Assembly: GCA_903872345.1 (NCBI GenBank)
Contig: CAIQKM010000174.1
Coordinates: 8,019-72,018 of the forward strand
Source: an uncultured Verrucomicrobia subdivision 3 bacterium
GTDB lineage: Bacteria > Verrucomicrobiota > Verrucomicrobiia > Limisphaerales > UBA11358
Length of the DNA: 64,000 nt
Direction of reading: 5' to 3'
Shown: positions 7,529-15,442 of the stretch, in pieces
Position numbering within the stretch: position 1 is the first letter of the stretch
Layout: the number at the start of each line of letters is the position of its first letter
Notes under the pieces: generated by a model
What the model saw: only the letters and a program-made list of their open reading frames with translations
Told to the model about the DNA's origin: nothing
The model's database searches: none
Translations under genes and position numbers: made by a program

Positions 7529-9070
7529 TCAAGGTTGGGCGGCATCCGTGCCGCCGGCCGGTTTCAAATGGGAACCGGTGATTTTCAGCGCGCAAGTATA
7601 GTCACTCACCTTGGTGGCAGGCAATTCTACGGTCAGTCCGTTGGCATCCTGGGTGAACTTGAGTTTGCCCTTGTAGCCAAGCAGTTCCACGCGCTTGATC
7701 TTGTTGACCTCGCCGTCGCCAGTGGAGGCCAGGGCGCGAACCGTCATGTGCCCGGTGTCGGGCCAGCCGAGGGCGATGGCGTAGAGGGTCTTGCCCTTGG
7801 TGGTGAAGCGGATGTCCTCCGCCGTGTACTTGAAGTCTTCCTTGAAGGCGCCGCCTTTGGCTTTCACGGGGCCTTCGCCGGCGATGTACCAGGGACGCGT
7901 GCCATAAATGGCCTCGCCATGGATGGCGAACCAGTCGGAAAGCTGGCCGAGCAATTGTTCCACTTCGGGGTCGAGCGTGCCGTCAGGGCGTTGCACGACG
8001 TTCAGCAGAAGGTTGCCGTTTTTGCTGACGATATCCACGAGCATGGTGACGGTCCAGTTGATGGGGCGGTACTTCCAGTTCTTGTTATAAAACCAGTCGC
8101 CGATGGAGGTATCCGTCTGCCACGGATAAGGGCTGATGCCGCCGCCCACGCCGCGTTCATAATCGCGCACCCAGCGGCCACCGGAATCCTGTTTGCAATT
8201 ATAGACGGTTTCCACGCGGCCATGCCGGTAGGCGGCGCCGGAGTTATAATAATCCGCAATCATGGCGAGGCCCACTTCATTGCCGAAGGGCACGGGGCCG
8301 TCGGAGTAAAGCAAATCGGGATGATAAGTGCGTTCGAGTTCCTCGATTTCCCCGAGCCATTGCTGCTGCCAAAGGGGGTTCTTACTGTACCAGCCTTTGT
8401 CGTTGCTATCGGCAGGGAAATGGTAGAGATCCCAGTTGTTGGAATTCGCCCCGTCATAAGGCACACCCGCGAGCGGGCCGGTCTTATCGGCATGATGACT
8501 GTCCTGGAACCAGGTGAAGCTGGCGCCGAGATGTTCGGAGACACCAAAGCGCAGGCCGTTTTCCTTGGCGGCTTTCTGCCAGGTGGCGACGACATCGCGG
8601 TGCGGGCCGTAGTTCACGGCATTCCAGGAATGGAGCTGGGATTTCCACAGGAAGAAATCGTCATGATGCGTGCCCATGCTGACGAAATATTTCGCGCCGG
8701 CCTTTTTGTAGAGTTTCATCAGGCGTTCGGGATCCCAGTTCTCGGCCTTCCAGAGGGGGATGATGTCCTTCCAACCGTTGGTGGAAGGATGACCATAACG
8801 GGCGAGATGGTCTTTGTAATCGGCGGTGCCCTGCTGATACATCTTGCGCGCATACCAGTCGCCCATCATGGGCACGGACTGCGGTCCCCAGTGGGCCCAG
8901 ATGCCGAACTTGGCATCCCGGAACCATTCGGGGTAGCTGTAGTTGGTGAGCGAATCCATGGTGGGCTGAAACGGCCCGGGCGTGACCGGCAGGTTTTGCG
9001 GAGTAGCCGAGTCGGCCCGGAGATTCGTGGCGGCCAACAGACACAGGCTGAGGAGAGGAATGAGTTTCAT
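7529..9070 (-). CDS. Alpha-L-fucosidase, GH29, secreted
   Basis: PEWFRDAKFGIWAHWGPQSVP...HHDDFFLW is the GH29 core. The start chosen is ATG 9070, giving the signal peptide MKLIPLLSLCLLAATNLRADS. The track ORF extends to 9169. Confidence 0.9.
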   Translation of the reverse strand: MKLIPLLSLCLLAATNLRADSATPQNLPVTPGPFQPTMDSLTNYSYPEWFRDAKFGIWAHWGPQSVPMMGDWYARKMYQQGTADYKDHLARYGHPSTNGWKDIIPLWKAENWDPERLMKLYKKAGAKYFVSMGTHHDDFFLWKSQLHSWNAVNYGPHRDVVATWQKAAKENGLRFGVSEHLGASFTWFQDSHHADKTGPLAGVPYDGANSNNWDLYHFPADSNDKGWYSKNPLWQQQWLGEIEELERTYHPDLLYSDGPVPFGNEVGLAMIADYYNSGAAYRHGRVETVYNCKQDSGGRWVRDYERGVGGGISPYPWQTDTSIGDWFYNKNWKYRPINWTVTMLVDIVSKNGNLLLNVVQRPDGTLDPEVEQLLGQLSDWFAIHGEAIYGTRPWYIAGEGPVKAKGGAFKEDFKYTAEDIRFTTKGKTLYAIALGWPDTGHMTVRALASTGDGEVNKIKRVELLGYKGKLKFTQDANGLTVELPATKVSDYTCALKITGSHLKPAGGTDAAQP

Positions 9071-9193
9071 GGTAGGTCGGACGATTTTGGAGGGGGATAG
9101 GTTATAAAGAAATGCTCCCACCCACCGGCGAGAACCGGTGAGGGGGAGTGGAAACGGCTGTGAAAACAAGGCGGTTGGTGGTTAAGGTTGGGA

Positions 9194-10240
9194 TTAACCA
9201 ATGCCAACGCGTTCGCCGGCCTTGCGTTTCTTATATTGTTCTTTGATCCATTTGTAGGTGGCGGCCAAGCCCTTATCGAGTTTGGTATCCGGCTCCCAAC
9301 CCAGCACCTGCTGGATAAAGGTGTTGTCCGAATTGCGACCCGCCACGCCCTGCGGGGCGTTCAGATCATACTTCCGGTTCATCTTGGTGCCGGCAATTTT
9401 TTCAACGCGGGTGAGCAGTTCATTGATGGAAACCAACTCACTGGAGCCGAGGTTGATCGGCGTGGCGATCAACTCATCGCAATGGGTGATTTTATCAATC
9501 CCCTTCACGCAGTCGTCAATGTACATGAAGCTGCGGGTCTGATCGCCATTACCCCAGATCGTGATGTCCTTGGCCCCGGTATCAATCGCCGCAATCACCT
9601 TGCGGCACAGCGCGGCTGGGGCTTTTTCGCGACCGCCATCCCACGTGCCGTGGGGTCCATAGACATTGTGGAAGCGGGCGATGAAGGTCTTCATGCCGCG
9701 TTCGTGCCAATATTCTTCGCAGAACATTTCGGAGATCAACTTCTCCCAGCCGTAGCCGCGTTCGGCCATCGCCGGATAAGCATCCGATTCCTTGAGCGCG
9801 CGGACCTTCGGGTCCTTTTGCAGCAGCGTGTTGTAAGCACACGCGGAGCTGGAGAAGAAGTAGCGGCGGGCGCCGGCGCGATAGGCGGCTTCCACCATGT
9901 TGGTGTTGATGAGGATGCTGCGGAGACATTCGACACGGTTGCGCTCAATGAAACCCATGCCGCCCATGTCGGCGGCGAGGTTGTAAACTTCCACGGCCCC
10001 TTCGCACACGCGTTTGCAATTGTCCTCGAGGCTGACGTCCAGACAGAGGTTCTGGACACCGGGCACATGCAGATACCATTCATACAGCGGCTTCTTGTCC
10101 ACGGCCCGGATGTTGGTAAAACCCTTCTTCTTGAAATACAGGGCGAGGTTGCCGGCAATGAATCCACCCGCGCCAGTGATGACAATCAAGTCATCCTTCT
10201 GCAGCGGCGGGTCTTTTTCCACGACTCGTTTATGTTCCAT
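9194..10240 (-). CDS. gme: GDP-mannose 3,5-epimerase (plant GME-type SDR)
   Basis: The sequence is collinear with recalled plant GME: ITGAGGFIA, NLAADMGGMGFI, FFSSSACAY, LKESDAYPA..YGWEKL, RFHNVYGPHGTWDGGREKAPAALCRK, GDQTRSF, GVAGRNSDN. Confidence 0.85.
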   Translation of the reverse strand: MEHKRVVEKDPPLQKDDLIVITGAGGFIAGNLALYFKKKGFTNIRAVDKKPLYEWYLHVPGVQNLCLDVSLEDNCKRVCEGAVEVYNLAADMGGMGFIERNRVECLRSILINTNMVEAAYRAGARRYFFSSSACAYNTLLQKDPKVRALKESDAYPAMAERGYGWEKLISEMFCEEYWHERGMKTFIARFHNVYGPHGTWDGGREKAPAALCRKVIAAIDTGAKDITIWGNGDQTRSFMYIDDCVKGIDKITHCDELIATPINLGSSELVSINELLTRVEKIAGTKMNRKYDLNAPQGVAGRNSDNTFIQQVLGWEPDTKLDKGLAATYKWIKEQYKKRKAGERVGIG

Positions 10241-10373
10241 ATCTTTATACTATTTTGATTTCAGCGACAGCAGGGCTGCCGGGAGTTGCGTCATGTTCCA
10301 GGCCACTTTGCACTTGTTTTGACCGGCGGGGAATGTCCATTCTTGACGGGTGCATGTCTGTTTTTGACTTTTT

Positions 10374-11252
10374 ATGAAAAAACCAGCAACAGCGGCCGCG
10401 ACTGCGCCGGACTTTTTCTCGGCACAGGTGGCGCAGGCCAGCCGTTTTTACCTTAATCTCAAACCGTCGGCCAAGGCGCCCCTGACAGTCATCTGCGGCG
10501 GGTCGGAACGGTGCGCGCCGGACTATGCGATTCACCGGGCAACATTCCCGTTTTACTCGATTGAATTTGTGGCGCAGGGCGGCGGGCAGTTAAAAATCAA
10601 CCGCACGGAACACCGGTTGCAGCCGGGCATGGTGTTCTCGTACGGACCGGGGGTGGCGCATGACATCACGACGCAGCCAGGTGAACCGCTGGTAAAATAC
10701 TTCATTGATTTCGCAGGCACGGAGGCGGTTCCCTTGCTGGGCTTGGCCAGGCTGAAGCCCGGGGCGGTGGCGCAGGTGTTCCCGCCCGGCGAAATCCAGC
10801 CGCTTTTTGATGAACTCATCCGCAACGGGCGGCGCGGCACCGTCGGCACGCCGGAAATCTGCGCCCAACTGCTGCGCGCCCTGGCGCTGAAAATCGCCGA
10901 GGCACGCGCGCCGCTGCCCGGGCACGACACGCTGGCCTTTGCCACCTACCAGCAATGCCTAGCCCATTTCCGGCGGCATTTTCTGCGCCTGCGCTCCGTG
11001 ACACAGGCGGCCGGGGAATGCCATGTGGACGATGCCTATCTTTGCCGGCTGTTTAAGCGGTACGACCATCAATCACCCTACCGGTTGCTCATCCGGCTGA
11101 AGATGAATTACGCGGCCGAACGGCTGCAATCGCCCAACGCCCTGGTCAAGCAGGTGGCGGAAGAAACGGGCTTCCTCAACCAGTTTCATTTCTCGCGGGT
11201 GTTCAAATCCGTGTTCGGCATGCCCCCGACGGGGATGGTGAAGATGCGTTGA
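10374..11252 (+). CDS. AraC-family transcriptional regulator (cupin sensor plus HTH)
   Basis: C-terminal AraC HTH (YLCRLFKR...VAEETGFLNQFHFSRVFKSVFGMPP) with an N-terminal cupin-like region. Confidence 0.9.
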   Translation: MKKPATAAATAPDFFSAQVAQASRFYLNLKPSAKAPLTVICGGSERCAPDYAIHRATFPFYSIEFVAQGGGQLKINRTEHRLQPGMVFSYGPGVAHDITTQPGEPLVKYFIDFAGTEAVPLLGLARLKPGAVAQVFPPGEIQPLFDELIRNGRRGTVGTPEICAQLLRALALKIAEARAPLPGHDTLAFATYQQCLAHFRRHFLRLRSVTQAAGECHVDDAYLCRLFKRYDHQSPYRLLIRLKMNYAAERLQSPNALVKQVAEETGFLNQFHFSRVFKSVFGMPPTGMVKMR

Positions 11253-11326
11253 CCATGGGCGGGTTAATCTCCGCCAGTCAGGCCGTTATGGCAAGCCGGA
11301 GGGTTCCGCGAATCCCAACGCCAAAA

Positions 11327-12355
11327 TCATTTGCCCTGGCTCGCCATCTTGGCCATGACCTCGCGCACGAGGCTTTCAATGTCCACGCGCCGGGCGGGAA
11401 CATTTGCCGGCGCCCCCGCCGCGCGCCGCACTTCGCATTCCCGCGCCGCCTCGGCGTAGCCGCATTCGCCCAGGAGGCAGGCCAGCTTGCCTTTTGCCTC
11501 TTCAAGATTGGCAAGTTCCGGCGGACTCAGCGGGAAACGCGGCGGACCGGGATTGAAGCCGCGCAAGGAAACCGCCGCGCGAAAACCTTCCGGGAAATTT
11601 CCCGCCGCAAACATCGCCGCGATGATATCCTGAATTTTGAGCTGCACGCGCCGGCATTCCGCGTGGTTGCCCGACTGGAAATCGTTGTACAATTTCACGA
11701 TCACTTCCGGCATCACGCCGGAACTGGCAATCGTGCCGCCGTCGCCGCCCATGACCAGGCTCGGATACAAAATTTCCTCGGTGCCGCTGAAGCACACGAA
11801 GTCCGGCCGCTGCGGCTTGATTTGCGCCAGCATGGTGCAGAAGCGGGGAAAATCGCGGCTGGAATCCTTGATGCCGATGATGCGCGGACAGTCCACCGCC
11901 AGCCGCCGCACCACCGGCAGGCTGATTTCGTTCGAAAACTGCGGAATGTTGTAGAGGAGAATATCAATCGGCGACTTGGCCGCGAGGTCGCGAAAATATT
12001 TTTCGATGCTCTCCTGGGAAACCTTGTAATAATATGGCCCGGTCAAGCTTACCGCCCGGCAGCCAAGATCCGCATAAAATTGGCACGCCTGCAAGACCTG
12101 ATCCGAATTCGGCTCGGCTGCGCCCGCAAGAATCGGCAGCCGGCCCCGATTTTCCTCGGCCATAATTTTCACCACGCGCAGCCGATCCTCATAACTCAGA
12201 CGGATGAATTCACCGGTGCTGCCGTTGGGATAAAGCCCGTGGACGCCCTTTTCGATGAGCCATGCCGTCAGCCGCCGCAACTCGCCCTCGTTGATCGAGT
12301 GGTCGTCGTTGAAGGGAACAATGTTGGGCGTGTAGATGCCGGATATTTTGGTCAT
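11327..12355 (-). CDS. DHDPS/NAL-family class I aldolase (candidate 2-keto-3-deoxy-sugar-acid aldolase) with a ~45-aa C-terminal extension
   Basis: Family motifs NGSTGEF, LYNIP and IGIKDSS are present. Start ATG 12355 overlaps the upstream stop (ATGA). The track ORF extends to 12430. Confidence 0.85.
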   Translation of the reverse strand: MTKISGIYTPNIVPFNDDHSINEGELRRLTAWLIEKGVHGLYPNGSTGEFIRLSYEDRLRVVKIMAEENRGRLPILAGAAEPNSDQVLQACQFYADLGCRAVSLTGPYYYKVSQESIEKYFRDLAAKSPIDILLYNIPQFSNEISLPVVRRLAVDCPRIIGIKDSSRDFPRFCTMLAQIKPQRPDFVCFSGTEEILYPSLVMGGDGGTIASSGVMPEVIVKLYNDFQSGNHAECRRVQLKIQDIIAAMFAAGNFPEGFRAAVSLRGFNPGPPRFPLSPPELANLEEAKGKLACLLGECGYAEAARECEVRRAAGAPANVPARRVDIESLVREVMAKMASQGK

Positions 12356-13200
12356 TTTATGTTTGCCGCCGCGGCGGTCAGCAGATTTTTTAACTGCACC
12401 GTTTCGGAAATAATATCCACTTCGTTGCAATGCTCCCAGTCAATCCACACATATTCCAATGCAACCCAGCCGTTGAACTTCTGCCTGGCGAGCGCGGTTA
12501 CGACGCGCCGAAAATCAATGGTGTTTTCCTTCAACGGCGCCTGCAACCGGCCCCGGCGCGCGGTGCGTGCGTGCAAATGCGTGGCCAATTGGGTCAAGGG
12601 CTCGATGCGCGCGTCGGCAATGCCGGCGCGGGTGAAATGTGCATAATCCAACGTGAACCCAAGGCCAGGCACGCGCTGCGCCAAACCCAGCGCCCGTTCC
12701 GGCGTGTCGGTGAGCGAACCGACATGCGGTTCGACGGCAAGCTGCAGTTTGGCCGCCTTTGCCTGGGCGACCCGCCAGTTGAGTTCCTCGGCACTGCGCG
12801 CGACGGCAGCCGCCCGGGATTCCTCCGCGAACGTCACGCCCGGCAAAATCGTTACGTGCCCGGCACCGGCTGCTTGAGCATAATCCAGCGTCCGCAAAAA
12901 CTGGTCGCGGGCAAAGACGCGTCGTTTTGCCTCGGGGTGATTGATGGCAAACTCGACGAAACCGGCATGGATCTGCAAGAAAATATCCGATGCCTTGAGT
13001 CCATGAGCAGCGAGGCGACGTTTTAATTTGGCACCGCTGACTTGCGGCCGCTTCAACTCGACACCGGGTTTGAGGTGTCCGTGCCCCTCGAACATGCCAA
13101 TGTCGGCGCCACGAAATCCGAGCAACGCGATGGCTGCCAGAGCCCGGTCATGGTCCAGCAGAGGAAACGAAAAATCGGTGCAGCTTAAATTCAATTTCAT
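12352..13200 (-). CDS. Xylose-isomerase-like TIM-barrel protein (sugar phosphate isomerase/epimerase family)
   Basis: 282 aa with the typical pattern for this family (MKLNLSCTDFSF..., HV.ILPG, LAVEPH, LDYAHF). It sits in an operon with a Gfo/Idh/MocA oxidoreductase. Confidence 0.75.
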   Translation of the reverse strand: MKLNLSCTDFSFPLLDHDRALAAIALLGFRGADIGMFEGHGHLKPGVELKRPQVSGAKLKRRLAAHGLKASDIFLQIHAGFVEFAINHPEAKRRVFARDQFLRTLDYAQAAGAGHVTILPGVTFAEESRAAAVARSAEELNWRVAQAKAAKLQLAVEPHVGSLTDTPERALGLAQRVPGLGFTLDYAHFTRAGIADARIEPLTQLATHLHARTARRGRLQAPLKENTIDFRRVVTALARQKFNGWVALEYVWIDWEHCNEVDIISETVQLKNLLTAAAANIK

Positions 13201-13203
13201 GCG

Positions 13204-14382
13204 TCAGTTGGTTTGAAAATCCCCGCCGCCGCGCGTCCGCGACGCGCGGTAAAGCGCGTTCAGTTTTTCGCAGGTCGCAGCCAGACTGCGACCATCCCTT
13301 AAATATTCCTGCAACGCCTTGCCACCATCGGTCTGCAACGCAACGTAACCGCTGTAGCGCGGCCGGACGATGGCTTCGGTCTGAGTGAGCCGCGTGGCGC
13401 TGAAAAATCCGCCGCACAATGTATCCGCGAATGAATCATCCCAAGCCGCGCGATGCGACGGCTGGCCGCCGGCGTGGACGTAAATTCCTTTTTGCACGTT
13501 ACCACTCGCGACAAACAGCGCGTAGTCGAGCGCGACGGCGACATTGGCGCAATTCGCAGAAATCGCCAGGCCGGTTCCGCCCAGCACGCTGCGCAGGCGC
13601 GGACCGCCGGGTTCCAGGGTAAGCAGGTTGCCAAACCGCAGCGGCTTCGGCGCGAAATGGGGACGCGCGTAGTTGTTGTAGGTGTAGGCGAAGGCGTTCC
13701 ACGCGAAATCATCCGTCGTGGTCATGCGCTCGGCGACGAGAATCGGATTCAATTCGGAAATCTCGGACGGCATCGGCTCGGTCAATTCACGCAGCATCTC
13801 CGCGGCGCGCTGCATGATATCGGCGGGCGCAATTGCCTCATGGTCGGCGCAGGGTTCGGCACCCAGGGCTTTGACCAGCATGATGAAATGCAAAAACAAA
13901 TCGGCGTTAAAGCCGGGAATCACGGCCAGCCGGCGGCGGGCCAGCGCCACCGCATCGGTCCAGGTTTGCGGCGGCGCCACCCCGGCGCGTTCCAGCAAGT
14001 CGGGTCGCCAGCTCGGCGCGGGCGTGGCGGCGTCAATCGGCAGGGCGAGCAGCTTGTCTTGCCAGACATAACTTTCAAAGGTCGGGCCGATGGCATTCCG
14101 TTTCAATTCGGCGAGCGTTTCGGGTGGCGCAATTTTGGCCAGGTCATGCACCAGATTTTTTTCAAAGCAAAATCCGGCCCAGGGATGGTCAATGACAACG
14201 AGGTCGAACTTTTTCACGAGCACGTCGATTGGCGCATGCCCGAATTCATCCAGCGTGCGTTTCTGCCAGTGAATGCGGACTCCGCGATGAGTTTCCTCAT
14301 AGCGCTGGGCGGTCGCCACGAGCGGCGGCAGTGCGCGGCTGTGGTCCCAGGCGATGCCGGTGAGTTGAATGGGCTGACTCAT
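13204..14382 (-). CDS. Family-1 solute-binding-protein-like (PBP2 fold) protein without a signal peptide
   Basis: SBP-like patterns are present: DLVVIDHPWAGF, YVWQDKLLALPIDAATPAPSWRPDLLERAGVAPPQTWTD. The N-terminus MSQPIQLTGIAWDH has no hydrophobic segment. Start ATG 14382 overlaps the upstream stop (ATGA). Confidence 0.6.
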   Translation of the reverse strand: MSQPIQLTGIAWDHSRALPPLVATAQRYEETHRGVRIHWQKRTLDEFGHAPIDVLVKKFDLVVIDHPWAGFCFEKNLVHDLAKIAPPETLAELKRNAIGPTFESYVWQDKLLALPIDAATPAPSWRPDLLERAGVAPPQTWTDAVALARRRLAVIPGFNADLFLHFIMLVKALGAEPCADHEAIAPADIMQRAAEMLRELTEPMPSEISELNPILVAERMTTTDDFAWNAFAYTYNNYARPHFAPKPLRFGNLLTLEPGGPRLRSVLGGTGLAISANCANVAVALDYALFVASGNVQKGIYVHAGGQPSHRAAWDDSFADTLCGGFFSATRLTQTEAIVRPRYSGYVALQTDGGKALQEYLRDGRSLAATCEKLNALYRASRTRGGGDFQTN

Positions 14383-15440
14383 TTTAAATTGCGAAGGGAG
14401 ATGTTTTTTCCGCAGGTGGCGGAGTCGCACGCGGCTTCGATGATCTCCATGGAGGCGAGGCCAAGGTCGCCCGGCGAGCCATTGGAAACGTTGCCGAGGA
14501 TTGCATCAATAAAATTCAACGCGGGGGATTGCGCGGGATAAATTTCGCTCTCGGGAAGAGCGGGAAATTCGGTGCGCCGGTCGGCGAAATCAATCAGCGT
14601 CATTGTGCCGCGCCAGAGTTCCAATTGCAGGATGGCTTGGCTGCCGAAGACGCGGACTTCATAATTCCGTTCACAGAGCGGCGTGGCCCCGGTGCTGGCG
14701 ATTGAAACCAATGCGCCATTTTCCAGCGTAACTGTGAGCGCGTCGTAAATGTCGTTCGGCGAGCCGTCCCGGTCAAAACGGGCAAACACCTCCGCCGCGC
14801 GCAGGCCGGTCAGAAATGTTAAATACGCCGCCGCGTGTGAAACTTGACAGTAAATCTGCCCGCCGCCGGCGATGGCGGGGTCGTTGTACGAACCGTGGCG
14901 CGGCTCGACATAGACGTTCGCCAGACCGTGCGTGGGCGAGGTGTTGATGCCGCGCAGCAGCTTGTCAATGGGATTGGTCATCAGCACGGAAATCATTTTG
15001 ATTTCGCCCAGCGCGCCGGTCTGGATGAGCCGCCGCGCTTCGATGCCGTGACGCGTAAAATGCCAGGGGCAACTTATGACCAGTTGGAGATTTTTCTGCG
15101 CCGCCAATGACACCAAAACCCGGGCCTCGCTGGCGGTGAAGGTCATCGGCTTTTCAATCAACACGTGCCGGCCGCTTTCCAAGGCCGCCCGGGCCTGCGC
15201 AAAATGAACGTTGGGCGTCGAAGCGACAATGACGGCGTTCAGTTCGGGCAGCGCGAGCAACTCTTCGACCGTGGTGCAGGCGTGCTTGGCACCAAAGTCA
15301 CGCGCGATTTTTTCCGCCTTGGCGCGGTCGCGACTCTGCACGGCCACCAATTCCGCCCCGGCGTGTGACCGGACGGCGGGGATGTGGGCGAACGTAGCCC
15401 ACCAGCCCGCGCCAATCACGCCGATACGAACCTGCTTCAT
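14379..15440 (-). CDS. Gfo/Idh/MocA-family NAD(P)-dependent oxidoreductase
   Basis: MKQVRIGVIGAGWWA... is the Rossmann N-terminus, and HVLIEKPM is the family motif. Confidence 0.9.
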   Translation of the reverse strand: MKQVRIGVIGAGWWATFAHIPAVRSHAGAELVAVQSRDRAKAEKIARDFGAKHACTTVEELLALPELNAVIVASTPNVHFAQARAALESGRHVLIEKPMTFTASEARVLVSLAAQKNLQLVISCPWHFTRHGIEARRLIQTGALGEIKMISVLMTNPIDKLLRGINTSPTHGLANVYVEPRHGSYNDPAIAGGGQIYCQVSHAAAYLTFLTGLRAAEVFARFDRDGSPNDIYDALTVTLENGALVSIASTGATPLCERNYEVRVFGSQAILQLELWRGTMTLIDFADRRTEFPALPESEIYPAQSPALNFIDAILGNVSNGSPGDLGLASMEIIEAACDSATCGKNISLRNLK

Positions 15441-15442
15441 GC

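Noticed and set aside
7535-9100. Very long ORFs antisense to confidently assigned genes. Examples: 7535..9100 +, 9188..10258 +, 28401..30290 +, 37731..39272 +, 49874..51613 +, 53078..54682 -, 57628..60165 -, 60741..61889 -, 1744..2823 +, 35341..36717 +.
   Set aside because: They mirror genes with strong family motifs on the other strand. Their products are low-complexity and rich in R, G, A and P, with no recognisable domains. This is the classic stop-codon-poor shadow frame of GC-rich DNA.
10319-10368. Three TTGAC pentamers (10319, 10343, 10364) upstream of the first AraC gene, considered as possible promoter or activator sites.
   Set aside because: The spacings (24 and 21 nt) give no consistent -35/-10 pairing. 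A pentamer recurring three times in 50 nt is weak evidence.
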